A stretch of DNA of 64,000 nt from a virus (lineage: Duplodnaviria > Heunggongvirae > Uroviricota > Caudoviricetes). The notes under the pieces are model-generated. The model worked only from the letters and a program-made list of their open reading frames with translations, did not search any database and had not been told where the DNA came from. Both the position numbers and the translations under genes were made by a program. Location of the stretch: the IMG/VR virus record IMGVR_UViG_3300045007_000064, positions 60,236 through 124,235 of that record; one strand, written 5' to 3'. This document shows positions 45,508 through 53,055 of this stretch, in pieces (position 1 is the first letter of the stretch; every line of letters starts with the position of its first letter).

Positions 45508-45581
45508 TGGGTCCCACGGGATTCGAACCCGTATTCCGCTGGGTAAGAGCCAGGAGTAATAAGCCGTTATACCAGAGACCC
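45508..45581 (-). tRNA. tRNA-Lys (anticodon CTT), second copy, tentative
   Basis: Anticodon loop CTCTTAC and T-arm ACGGG-TTCGAAT-CCCGT. Confidence 0.45.
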
Positions 45582-45689
45582 AAATGCGAGGCGGCAAGAT
45601 TTGTGACCTTTGCGCTTCTCTCCGGTACGGTCATGCGGAGACCTCGTGCTATTACAGTACTACAAGTCGGGGCTATTGTCAACCCCTCG

Positions 45690-45775
45690 CGGCGAGCAGA
45701 GAAATCGAATCCCACAGCCTTGCGACTGCCGACTCCTTAGCAGGGAGCGCCCAGAACCATCGGGGATTACTCGCC
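45690..45775 (-). tRNA. tRNA-Ser (anticodon GCT), class II
   Basis: Anticodon arm GCTCC-CTGCTAA-GGAGT, long variable arm, T-loop TTCGATT. Confidence 0.55.
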
Positions 45776-46127
45776 AAAGATACCACCTAAGTAAAGGTAC
45801 GAGCAACCCTCCTGTGTCTCATGGACGTGTACCCCTGTCCCCGTAAGCCTACTTAGCAACATACAGGACTCGATACACCAAGGTTGCAACCCAAGCCGCA
45901 CAAAGACGACGTGTGGTAACGCGGAGAGCAGAGTAGTCGAAACCCATACCTTGCGGTACCAGCGGTGTTCAAAGCCGCGCCGTCATTCCCTGCCGGTTTA
46001 CTCTCCATGGCGGTGAGCAGAGTATTCGAAACCCATGCCCGGAGGCACCATCAGTTTTCGAGGCTGAGTCACGGAACCCCCGTGATTTACTCACCATGTG
46101 CCGGGATCAAGGCTCCCGGCGAGCCTA

Positions 46128-46302
46128 CTAGACGCGAGTGTCCGTCTTCTTGCCTGTGATGTAGCGCCACAGCCACGAGATAAGGGCAACGAGTGCCAGG
46201 GCCAGGGCGATCCAGAGCATCCACTTCACGGCCTCGACCAGAAGGCCGAATCCAAAGAAGATGATTGCAAGGACAATAAGCACGATCAATAGTGCGTTCA
46301 TG
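46128..46302 (-). CDS. small membrane protein (58 aa, two transmembrane segments)
   Basis: Under 60 aa. AGGAG ribosome-binding site 11 nt upstream; hydrophobic. Confidence 0.45.
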
Positions 46303-46323
46303 AGTTGTGTTACTCCTAGTTAA

Positions 46324-46641
46324 TTACCAATTGCGATCCGGGAACAGGTAAACCAAGTCAGCAGGGGTGATTGAGTAAATCTCAATTCCTCGCTTCCGGA
46401 ATTCCTTGATCAATTTCGCACCAGAATGGTCGTCCGACCACTCCAGGTCTCCATGATCCCCCGGGAACAGATAATCCTCCGGGTGAAGATCGTACACGAC
46501 CTCGTTGAACTTGTCAACCGTCAGGTCCCACGGGGCGTCAACAACCACCCAATGTCTCCACTTCTTTCGAAGGTCCTTCTTTGTCAAAGTACCTACGATT
46601 TCACCCACGAAGAAATTCTGCATGGGTACATCGTAGCACAA
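46324..46641 (-). CDS. hypothetical protein
   Basis: ORF with lower GC than its surroundings. Confidence 0.45.
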   Translation of the reverse strand: MCYDVPMQNFFVGEIVGTLTKKDLRKKWRHWVVVDAPWDLTVDKFNEVVYDLHPEDYLFPGDHGDLEWSDDHSGAKLIKEFRKRGIEIYSITPADLVYLFPDRNW

Positions 46642-46644
46642 AAC

Positions 46645-46744
46645 TGCACGGCCCGCTCACAGGATTCGAACCTGATTTCGGCGGGTGGGCTTATTTACCA
46701 TCGTCCCAAGTTCATCCATTCGGTAACCAACCGTTGGGCCGTGC
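46645..46744 (-). pseudogene. tRNA-like element with a 9-bp extended acceptor stem
   Basis: GCACGGCCC / GGGCCGTGC stem, D-arm-like CGG-TTGGTTA-CCG, T-arm (TTCGAAT loop), and no recognisable anticodon arm. Confidence 0.3.
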
Positions 46745-46748
46745 ATTG

Positions 46749-46834
46749 CGGTGGGCAGCGGAATCGAACCGCAAGGATTTTCACCCTCGACTATCTTTCC
46801 AGGATAGCTCCGTCACCATCAGGAGTTACCCACC
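46749..46834 (-). tRNA. tRNA-Ser (anticodon GGA), class II
   Basis: D-stem CTCC / GGAG, anticodon arm CTATC-CTGGAAA-GATAG, long variable arm. Confidence 0.6.
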
Positions 46835-46927
46835 ATTTTCCTCTGTGTACTTTTCACGTCTTGCTTCAAGCGACTCGCCCTGTCTGCATATCAACAGCTT
46901 CAGACGGTCTAGACCCACTATAACCAA

Positions 46928-46958
46928 AAACCCCCGGCTTGTCAACCGGGGGTTTCTA
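46928..46958. terminator. bidirectional terminator
   Basis: AAAAACCCCCGG-CTTGTCAA-CCGGGGGTTTCT. Confidence 0.55.
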
Positions 46959-47084
46959 GGGTAAGTAGTTTAGTCCTAGAGCGCCCCGATGATCCCGTTG
47001 ACGGATGATACCGTACGGGTCCACTGGTTGCGCTTCGAACTTGTCATACCGACAGTCTAGCACAGATTTGGATGGGTGTCTAGC

Positions 47085-47276
47085 TCAGAACAGAGGTTCC
47101 TGAGATTCGTCGTCCTGGCGGCGCTCTAGGAACTCCGCCCAAACGACCCACGCCTCGGCGGCGCGGCGGGCGAATTCGGGGCTTGAGTCATTCTCATCCG
47201 TGATGTCGAATGACCACTCACCAACGTCATACCAGTCCGGTAGTTCGTTGTGAGGTGTGACAGTTGGTCGTGTCAT
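47085..47276 (-). CDS. hypothetical acidic protein
   Basis: ATGA coupling to the thyX stop codon. Confidence 0.4.
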   Translation of the reverse strand: MTRPTVTPHNELPDWYDVGEWSFDITDENDSSPEFARRAAEAWVVWAEFLERRQDDESQEPLF

Positions 47277-47974
47277 GGTGCTACTCTTCCGTGCTCGTTC
47301 CACAGCTCGAACACGAGTGGGAACTGTTCTGAGAGCAGAGCTTCAATCTTCTTCGAGGCCTGCTGGATTTCATACTGGGGGTGGCCCTGGTAGGTGGACC
47401 ATTCTTCATTCGTCCGAAGACTCAGGAAGTGGAGCCAACCGCGAAGGTTGACCGAGGCGTACATCGACTTCTTGATTCCGGTGGGGATAACCGAACGCGC
47501 GGCTTCCTTGGACCATCCGATGTCAAGCAGCTCTTCGTAGGCGTTCCAGGCGTACGTGTACGCCTCGAACTGAACCTCGATACCGCGTTCGTACTGCTCC
47601 TGCGATGCGGGAGCCATTTTCGGGCGTGCGGAGGTTCCTACGTTGACCAGCGGGCGCTCGGGAGCCGGTTGCCAGAAGCGAGGGGTGGCCTTGGTGTAAC
47701 GGCCCGACTCCTCGTTGAAAGACTGGATGCGGTGGCGGTGCCATTCGTAGAAGGTGAATAGCTCTGCCTCTACGCGGATGGTAGCCCAGGCGTGCTCGAA
47801 CGGGGTACCGTGACGCTGCTCCATGAGGTAGTTGAGAAGACCGCGAATGCGACCTTCATCCTTCTCGCGCTCGTCAACCGTGGTGGAAATCCATGCGGCT
47901 CGTGCGATTGCAACGTCATCGCCTACGTGCTGGATCAGCTCGACCGTAGGCTCAGAGAATGTCTCGATGCTCAA
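47273..47974 (-). CDS. thyX: flavin-dependent thymidylate synthase
   Basis: ThyX motif RHRxxxxxxxS, seen here as WHRHRIQSFNEESGRY. Confidence 0.85.
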   Translation of the reverse strand: MSIETFSEPTVELIQHVGDDVAIARAAWISTTVDEREKDEGRIRGLLNYLMEQRHGTPFEHAWATIRVEAELFTFYEWHRHRIQSFNEESGRYTKATPRFWQPAPERPLVNVGTSARPKMAPASQEQYERGIEVQFEAYTYAWNAYEELLDIGWSKEAARSVIPTGIKKSMYASVNLRGWLHFLSLRTNEEWSTYQGHPQYEIQQASKKIEALLSEQFPLVFELWNEHGRVAP

Positions 47975-48363
47975 AAGCTCTTGACCCCCGAGTTCTTCGT
48001 GTCGGCGCGGCGAGCGTTGTATTCAATCTTGCCGACCAGGTGCGCGAGAGTATCCTCAGCATCGAGACCGTAGAACTCGATGATTTCGTAGATGGTGCCG
48101 AAGGATCGGATAATCGCATCGAACTTCTCGATGAGATAGCCTTCGAGCTTGTTGTCACCCGAGAGGTAAATCTCGTGGGGAGCCTTGCCCTTACGCAGCT
48201 CGTCCAACGCCTCAGCTAGCTCGCTGACCTCCAAGAGGTCCTTCTTGGCGAGGTAGTCCACGCCGTACCCGTCTGCCTCCGCTGCCGCGAATCCGTTGTA
48301 GCCGTTCTTGCCGTTCGTCTCGCCTGCAAGCACGACGAGTTCTGAGAGTGTCTGATTTGTCAT
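47971..48363 (-). CDS. hypothetical protein (possibly nucleoside 2-deoxyribosyltransferase-like)
   Basis: Start taken at MTNQTLS; the functional call rests on weak similarity only. Confidence 0.4.
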   Translation of the reverse strand: MTNQTLSELVVLAGETNGKNGYNGFAAAEADGYGVDYLAKKDLLEVSELAEALDELRKGKAPHEIYLSGDNKLEGYLIEKFDAIIRSFGTIYEIIEFYGLDAEDTLAHLVGKIEYNARRADTKNSGVKSF

Positions 48364-48457
48364 GAGGGATATCTTACACGAAGAAACCCCTCCGTGCAAC
48401 GTCGGAGGGGTTTCAATCAGGAGTAACAAGCGGTTGGAATGCGCTGAGACTAGTGTA

Positions 48458-48724
48458 TCACACCAGGCTCAGGTGGTCGTACTTACCGAGACCGCCGCGC
48501 TGGATCAGTCGCTCGGCAATGGCGTTGTTGATCACGTACGGCATCCGCACGACAGAAATGCCGAGCACTTTGGATGCGACCCGTTCGAGGTCCTTCTGCC
48601 TCATCTTGCCACCATGGTCCCGCAGCACATCGACCGTGGTGTTGATCCAGTCCCAGAGCTGACTCACACCGGGGCTGGAGACATCGCGCTCGATGTCAGG
48701 CATTTCGCTGAGGTAGTGACCCAT
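48458..48724 (-). CDS. hypothetical protein (MGHYLSEM family, member 1)
   Basis: N-terminus MGHYLSEMPD is shared with the ORF at 48985..49416. Confidence 0.45.
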   Translation of the reverse strand: MGHYLSEMPDIERDVSSPGVSQLWDWINTTVDVLRDHGGKMRQKDLERVASKVLGISVVRMPYVINNAIAERLIQRGGLGKYDHLSLV

Positions 48725-48985
48725 TTATCGCTCCTTCTGGGCTGCTTCGAGTGTTTGTGGTGGGGTGGGGGTGTTGTGGTTTGAGAAGAACTCGGTGTCA
48801 GGTCCGAAGTACGGGGGAGTACAATTCCCCTCGCTGTATAGCTCGATGATGTTTCCATCCTCGTCATAGACGTTCGTGATACACCGGCACGGACCCTCAT
48901 GTCCTGGATCGAGAGAGCACCCATGCGATCCCCAGAAGACATCGCAGTACAGCGGGTTGTCGTAGTCCCAGTCATCTCGTGGCAT
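48725..48985 (-). CDS. cysteine-rich hypothetical protein
   Basis: C..C...C.C...C pattern; the start position is uncertain. Confidence 0.4.
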   Translation of the reverse strand: MPRDDWDYDNPLYCDVFWGSHGCSLDPGHEGPCRCITNVYDEDGNIIELYSEGNCTPPYFGPDTEFFSNHNTPTPPQTLEAAQKER

Positions 48986-49416
48986 TAGTACCATCCCTCG
49001 CTGTGCTCGTTGCTCTCTGCGATGACTTCCCACGGCCCGTATGTGACGGTGCGCTTCATGACGCGGCCCGGGCGACCGGTACGGTCCTGGTTACCATGAG
49101 ACCGGATAGACTGCTCGCCCCACTTGATCTGCTCCTCTTCGGAGGCACCACTAGATGGGCTGTACAGATGCATGCGCTGAGGCTTCCACTCGCTGAGAGG
49201 CGGATCATCCGGGCGCTTCGGGAGATATCGAGCGCTGTAGTCGTACACGTCGTAATCAACCGCATACTCGACACGAACGGTGTCTTCGTCCATACTTCCG
49301 AGTACATCTTCGGGCTGGTTGACGGCTCGTCGGGCCTTATCCTCCAGACCAACTCTCTTCCGAGTCGGAGACACGCTTGGCCCGTCTGACATTTCGCTAA
49401 GATAGTGACCCATCAT
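48985..49416 (-). CDS. hypothetical protein (MGHYLSEM family, member 2)
   Basis: N-terminus MMGHYLSEMSD. Confidence 0.45.
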   Translation of the reverse strand: MMGHYLSEMSDGPSVSPTRKRVGLEDKARRAVNQPEDVLGSMDEDTVRVEYAVDYDVYDYSARYLPKRPDDPPLSEWKPQRMHLYSPSSGASEEEQIKWGEQSIRSHGNQDRTGRPGRVMKRTVTYGPWEVIAESNEHSEGWY

Positions 49417-49874
49417 TCCTCCGAGTCTTCAGGCCAGTTGGTACCGGCTGTCATGGTTCCGGGGTCGAGCTGCGTGTGACCGGCATCGTGGATCACGGTG
49501 GTCATCTGCTTGATCTTCGTGGGACCGGCGTCCAGCACCACGACCTTGCAGTCGGGATGCACGCCCAGCGCCACCAGGGCCGCGTGCACGGCGTGTGCGG
49601 CGAGCTTGTTGGGCGTGGCCTTGTCCTTCAGCGCCCGGTTGAGGTAGATGCGCATCTTGGGCTGTGGACGGTCCTGCGGCCCCTCAGCCGCCAGCTCAGC
49701 GCTGAGGCGGTTGCGGAGGAGGCGCTTCTCGTCATAGGACGAGGCAACGTTCGCTCGGAGCCGTTCAATCTCCTCCGCCGCCTCCAGGATCAGAGAGGCG
49801 GGCACGGAAGCACGACCCGTATCACTCGGGTAGGTGGCATGTGCTCGAAGCAGATCACTCAGGTTCTCAGTCAT
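49413..49874 (-). CDS. peptidyl-tRNA hydrolase, PTH2-like (tentative)
   Basis: KMRIYLNRALKDKATPNKLAAHAVHAAL resembles the PTH2 core motif. Start taken at MTENLS. Confidence 0.45.
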   Translation of the reverse strand: MTENLSDLLRAHATYPSDTGRASVPASLILEAAEEIERLRANVASSYDEKRLLRNRLSAELAAEGPQDRPQPKMRIYLNRALKDKATPNKLAAHAVHAALVALGVHPDCKVVVLDAGPTKIKQMTTVIHDAGHTQLDPGTMTAGTNWPEDSEE

Positions 49875-49878
49875 GACT

Positions 49879-49917
49879 CCAACATACACGAAAAAGCCCC
49901 CGACCGCAAGGCCGGGG
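49879..49917 (-). terminator. rho-independent terminator
   Basis: Minus-strand hairpin AGCCCCCGG...CGGGGGCT followed by TTTTT, just upstream of the PTH2-like gene start. Confidence 0.55.
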
Positions 49918-49996
49918 GCTAATTGTCCAACGTAGCTCATCCCGTTGGATCGACAGTTACGGATGACCGAGAGCTTCAGGGGTTCCGTTGTCGTCG

Positions 49997-50071
49997 TCTC
50001 GCAGAGGGGATTCGAACCCCCAGCATCGCGGACTCTCATTCCACGTGGTCTACCAGATTGCCTACCGCGAG
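49997..50071 (-). tRNA. tRNA (anticodon not resolved)
   Basis: Acceptor CTCGCGG / CTGCGAG and T-arm GGGGG-TTCGAAT-CCCCT; the D and anticodon arms are ambiguous. Confidence 0.45.
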
Positions 50072-50081
50072 ATAAAGGAGA

Positions 50082-50152
50082 CGAGAAGTCAGGACTCGAA
50101 CCCGATCCAACGCCCATAACGGCGCTGTGCTGACCCTTACACTACATCTCTC
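50082..50152 (-). pseudogene. tRNA-like element (imperfect)
   Basis: T-arm TCGGG-TTCGAGT-CCTGA and D-arm are present, but the acceptor stem has mismatches and the loop that should hold the anticodon is 6 nt long. Confidence 0.3.
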
Positions 50153-50234
50153 AGGAGGCTAGTGAGACCTACCTGCTCCTGCACAGCGTCCAGCCCGATC
50201 AGGTCACTATCCCAATTTGACTTTCTGCTTTGCG

Positions 50235-50308
50235 TGCCCCTGGTGGGGTTCGAACCCACAGACCCCAAGGTTTGAGCTTGGTCCATATTCCTGTTCTGGT
50301 ACAAGGGC
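50235..50308 (-). tRNA. class-I-shaped tRNA with anticodon CAA (a leucine codon)
   Basis: 74 nt, 5-nt variable loop, A73. Anticodon arm CCAAG-CTCAAAC-CTTGG and T-arm GTGGG-TTCGAAC-CCCAC. Confidence 0.45.
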
Positions 50309-50309
50309 A

Positions 50310-50789
50310 TTACTTTCTGTACTTGTGAGGCATGTTACTGGTCTCTTCCTGCGAGTGGCAATTAGGACAGATGAATCTGAGGTTGTCCCGTCTGTTATCC
50401 TCCCACTTCCCATTGATGTGATCAATTTCTAGTGTAAGCTTCTTACCGTTCCAGGATGGGCCTAGACCGCAGCACGCGCACTCCTCGCTTCGACCGATTG
50501 ATATCAGTGCTCTGCGCAGCGCAGCGGTCTTTTCTTTGCCGCGAGAGATGTCTCTCAGTACAAGTACTTCGTCCGGAGTGCGTCTATTTCTAGCCGCTCG
50601 TCCCTTTGACCACCCCTGACCTCTGAAATGAGAAGTGTCAACCTCAAACTCCTTCAGCTTTTTGCTGATATGGGAGTGAGTGCCACCAGCCCGTCGAAGA
50701 CCGAGGTAGTCAAGAACTTCCATGATGCTGATGCTGTTGGCAGCAGCTTCTGTTAGAAGCTCTTTGGTATACTTGATGTGCTTTGCCAT
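50310..50789 (-). CDS. HNH endonuclease
   Basis: EIDHINGKWEDNRRDNLRFICPNCH. AT-rich. Start taken at MAKHIKY, which has a TATACT-like box close upstream. Confidence 0.7.
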   Translation of the reverse strand: MAKHIKYTKELLTEAAANSISIMEVLDYLGLRRAGGTHSHISKKLKEFEVDTSHFRGQGWSKGRAARNRRTPDEVLVLRDISRGKEKTAALRRALISIGRSEECACCGLGPSWNGKKLTLEIDHINGKWEDNRRDNLRFICPNCHSQEETSNMPHKYRK

Positions 50790-50806
50790 ATACCAAGTAT
50801 ACCATT

Positions 50807-50880
50807 GTATCCGTGGAGGGATTCGAACCCACACTGCACAGGACCTAAACCTGTTGCCTCCTACCGTTGGGCTACACGGA
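50807..50880 (-). tRNA. class-I-shaped tRNA with anticodon TAG (a leucine codon)
   Basis: 74 nt, anticodon arm ACAGG-TTTAGGT-CCTGT, T-loop TTCGAAT. Confidence 0.45.
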
Positions 50881-50944
50881 CATACAGCGCCAGGGAAGAG
50901 CGTGGCAACCCTTCACAAGTCGGCCTTCCACCGAACCCTGACTC

Positions 50945-51017
50945 GTAGCGCAGACCGGATTCGAACCGGCAGCATCTGATGTTCTGGGCATCAGTGGTCT
51001 TCCGTTGCCTACCGCGC
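50945..51017 (-). tRNA. class-I-shaped tRNA with anticodon CAG (a leucine codon)
   Basis: 73 nt, anticodon arm TGATG-CCCAGAA-CATCA, T-arm GCCGG-TTCGAAT-CCGGT. Confidence 0.45.
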
Positions 51018-51128
51018 CATATCGGATACGCTCGCGGGGTATCCCTCCCAGTCTAACAAACTGCAAGAGAGCACTCACGCATCCTCAGACCTTGCGACAG
51101 ATACCCTCTGTCAGGCGAGTCACTCCTT

Positions 51129-51200
51129 GTGGGACCGAGGGGAATCGAACCCCTGCCATTCGGGCTTCAACCGAACGCTCTACCTACTAAGCTACAGCCC
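51129..51200 (-). tRNA. tRNA-Phe (anticodon GAA)
   Basis: D-arm GCTTAGTAGGTAGAGC, anticodon arm TTCGG-TTGAAGC-CCGAA, T-arm AGGGG-TTCGATT-CCCCT. Confidence 0.75.
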
Positions 51201-51224
51201 CGTTGCCCCGAAGGGCTGTCCCGG

Positions 51225-51396
51225 CCTACGCCGAGACGACTACGAGAGTGACCTTGCGATCATTCTCCAGCGCTCGCTTGCCCATGCGGGCCAGCTCACG
51301 CGACGAATACACGAACGGCTCGCCGTTCTTCTGACGGACGATCTGACGATCTTCCTTTGTCACCAGGGTGAACTTCTCATTCTTGTTATTTGTCAT
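51225..51396 (-). CDS. small hypothetical protein (57 aa)
   Basis: Under 60 aa. Moderate GC3 bias; starts 2 nt downstream of the tRNA-Tyr gene. Confidence 0.3.
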
Positions 51397-51397
51397 G

Positions 51398-51472
51398 TGG
51401 CGAGACTGAGAATCGAACTCAGAGGGGCTACTGTTTTACAGACAGCGCAGGGACCCAGCCCTAGACCTCGCC
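51398..51472 (-). tRNA. tRNA-Tyr (anticodon GTA) with a short variable arm
   Basis: Anticodon arm GCTGT-CTGTAAA-ACAGT and T-arm CTGAG-TTCGATT-CTCAG; 75 nt. Confidence 0.5.
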
Positions 51473-51601
51473 ATATCTGCGTTTGCTTTCATCCTGTACC
51501 GTAGTATTCCACCAGGCAATCCAGGTCCCGCAGGTTCCGTGCTGTGTCTAAGTTACCACGTAGGTCCTGGCACGTCAAGCCCTACGATCTTTTGTTTCAA
51601 G

Positions 51602-51675
51602 TGATGCGGACGGGAATCGAACCCGCGACGCCCGGATTGAAAGTCCAGGTTGCAACTACCAGCGTACACCGCACC
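51602..51675 (-). tRNA. tRNA-Glu (anticodon TTC)
   Basis: Anticodon arm CTGGA-CTTTCAA-TCCGG and T-arm GCGGG-TTCGATT-CCCGT. Confidence 0.55.
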
Positions 51676-51760
51676 ATTCGGCAGGGGAGAAGTGGTGAAC
51701 GTCCTCCATTTTCCTGCCTAAGTCCAGAAGGCTTATCCACCAACAACCTTTCCTGACTTG

Positions 51761-51832
51761 TACTCCCACGGGGAATTGAACCCCGACCTCATGACTGAGA
51801 ATCACGTGTACTAACCATTATACTATGAGAGC
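51761..51832 (-). tRNA. tRNA-Glu (anticodon CTC)
   Basis: Anticodon loop TTCTCAG and T-arm CGGGG-TTCAATT-CCCCG. Confidence 0.6.
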
Positions 51833-51844
51833 ATATTTCATGCG

Positions 51845-51916
51845 TCCTCGCGAAGGGAGTTGAACCCTCTCTACAAGCTTGACAAGCTTGCGTGCGCACC
51901 GGTACACTACGCGAGG
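51845..51916 (-). tRNA. tRNA-Asp (anticodon GTC)
   Basis: Anticodon arm CAAGC-TTGTCAA-GCTTG; perfect acceptor stem. Confidence 0.7.
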
Positions 51917-52161
51917 AAAGGTGAGTAGTGGGATCGCCCCACACTGACAGGTAGACATTCGCTAAAATGAATTGCTGTCAGACCATGCGTTAGCCGCTAA
52001 GCAAATCCCGTTCATGACCGCTAAGTCGTTCCGGTTGACCCAGACTCACCGATTGGCTCTGCCTGTGACCTCCGATTGAGATTCCACATGTGCGTTTCGT
52101 CTCCCGCATCTACTACGGGATTTCGTTCCGCCATACTCCAGTCGAGTGCCCCCGACTGTTG

Positions 52162-52236
52162 CGATCCTGACCGGATTTGAACCGGCGACCTCCTGCTTGA
52201 CGGGCAGGCGAACACTCCAAACTGTTCTACAAGACC
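52162..52236 (-). tRNA. tRNA-Asp (anticodon GTC), second copy
   Basis: Discriminator G73, anticodon arm CCTGC-CCGTCAA-GCAGG, T-arm GCCGG-TTCAAAT-CCGGT. Confidence 0.5.
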
Positions 52237-52303
52237 AATCTCCGTCATATCCTGGACGGCCAGGCCCGACTGTCGGGCTAGAGCTAGAAATACTCTAGGT
52301 TCG

Positions 52304-52377
52304 TTGCGGGAGTTGGAGTCGAACCAACGTCGTCAGGTTATGAGCCTGCACCGGAACCACCTCCGGGTTACCCCGCA
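52304..52377 (-). tRNA. tRNA with anticodon CAT (third copy; Met, fMet or Ile2)
   Basis: Anticodon loop CTCATAA and T-arm GTTGG-TTCGACT-CCAAC. Confidence 0.5.
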
Positions 52378-52417
52378 ATACCACTGTATCACACGTTCAG
52401 AGTACGTGTCAACTCCG

Positions 52418-52491
52418 GGTGACCGACGGGGTTCGAACCCGCAAAAAACAGGTCCACAACCTGCCGCATTTTCCGCCTCTGCCACGGCCAC
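52418..52491 (-). tRNA. tRNA-His (anticodon GTG)
   Basis: Discriminator C73 and anticodon arm GCAGG-TTGTGGA-CCTGT. Confidence 0.65.
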
Positions 52492-52529
52492 ACTTAGGGA
52501 GGATATAGACCAGGGGTCCACTCCTCTTG

Positions 52530-52605
52530 TCGGGATAACAGGATTTGAACCTGCGACCTCACGCCCCCCAGGCGCGCGCTCTAAACCAAACTGAGCTATA
52601 TCCCG
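52530..52605 (-). tRNA. tRNA-Pro (anticodon GGG)
   Basis: Perfect acceptor stem CGGGATA / TATCCCG and anticodon arm CGCGC-CTGGGGG-GCGTG. Confidence 0.7.
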
Positions 52606-52671
52606 TTACGTAGGTTCCTCATTCGTCGGAGTCTATACCGAGCACGGGAGTTTACCCACAACTAACCTGCG

Positions 52672-52745
52672 TCTAGGTGACAGGATTTGAACCTGCGACT
52701 TCTCCCGTCCGAGGGGAGCGACCTACCAAGCTGGCCTACACCTAG
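52672..52745 (-). tRNA. tRNA-Pro (anticodon CGG)
   Basis: Acceptor CTAGGTG / CACCTAG and anticodon arm CTCCC-CTCGGAC-GGGAG. Confidence 0.65.
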
Positions 52746-52835
52746 TCAGGTTGTTTCAACGAAGGCTCCTCAGCCTCTCCCTCGGATGTGCCGTCTGTGA
52801 CGATAGGCTCCCAGGACCGATCCTGCGTTAGTTAG

Positions 52836-52876
52836 ACTCTAGCAGACCGAATCTGCCGTTGTCAAGTGTCGAAGCT
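52836..52876 (-). promoter_or_regulatory. strong sigma-A-type promoter driving the second tRNA array
   Basis: Minus-strand TTGACA, an 18-nt spacer, then TAGAGT; the leader contains a UUCG-loop hairpin. Confidence 0.55.
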
Positions 52877-52944
52877 CCTACCCACCTGGCACATCGACTT
52901 TAGGCACGTAACTGCCCACTCTCCGCTTCCCCGAAGGGAAGAAT

Positions 52945-52985
52945 TAGACTCTAGCAGACGCATCTGCCAGTGTCAAGCACGTACG
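52945..52985 (-). promoter_or_regulatory. second tandem promoter driving the tRNA array
   Basis: Minus-strand TTGACA, a 17-nt spacer, then TAGAGT. It lies inside a roughly 50-nt direct repeat shared with the promoter at 52836-52876. Confidence 0.55.
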
Positions 52986-53055
52986 GTGTTCTACCTTAAA
53001 CTACCAGACGAACCAACGCCCGGGCGGGACTACGATACCCCCATCTCCGTACTCG

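Noticed and set aside
51127-51504. 125-aa plus-strand ORF
   Set aside because: Runs antisense across the tRNA-Phe and tRNA-Tyr genes; cysteine/histidine-rich junk translation.
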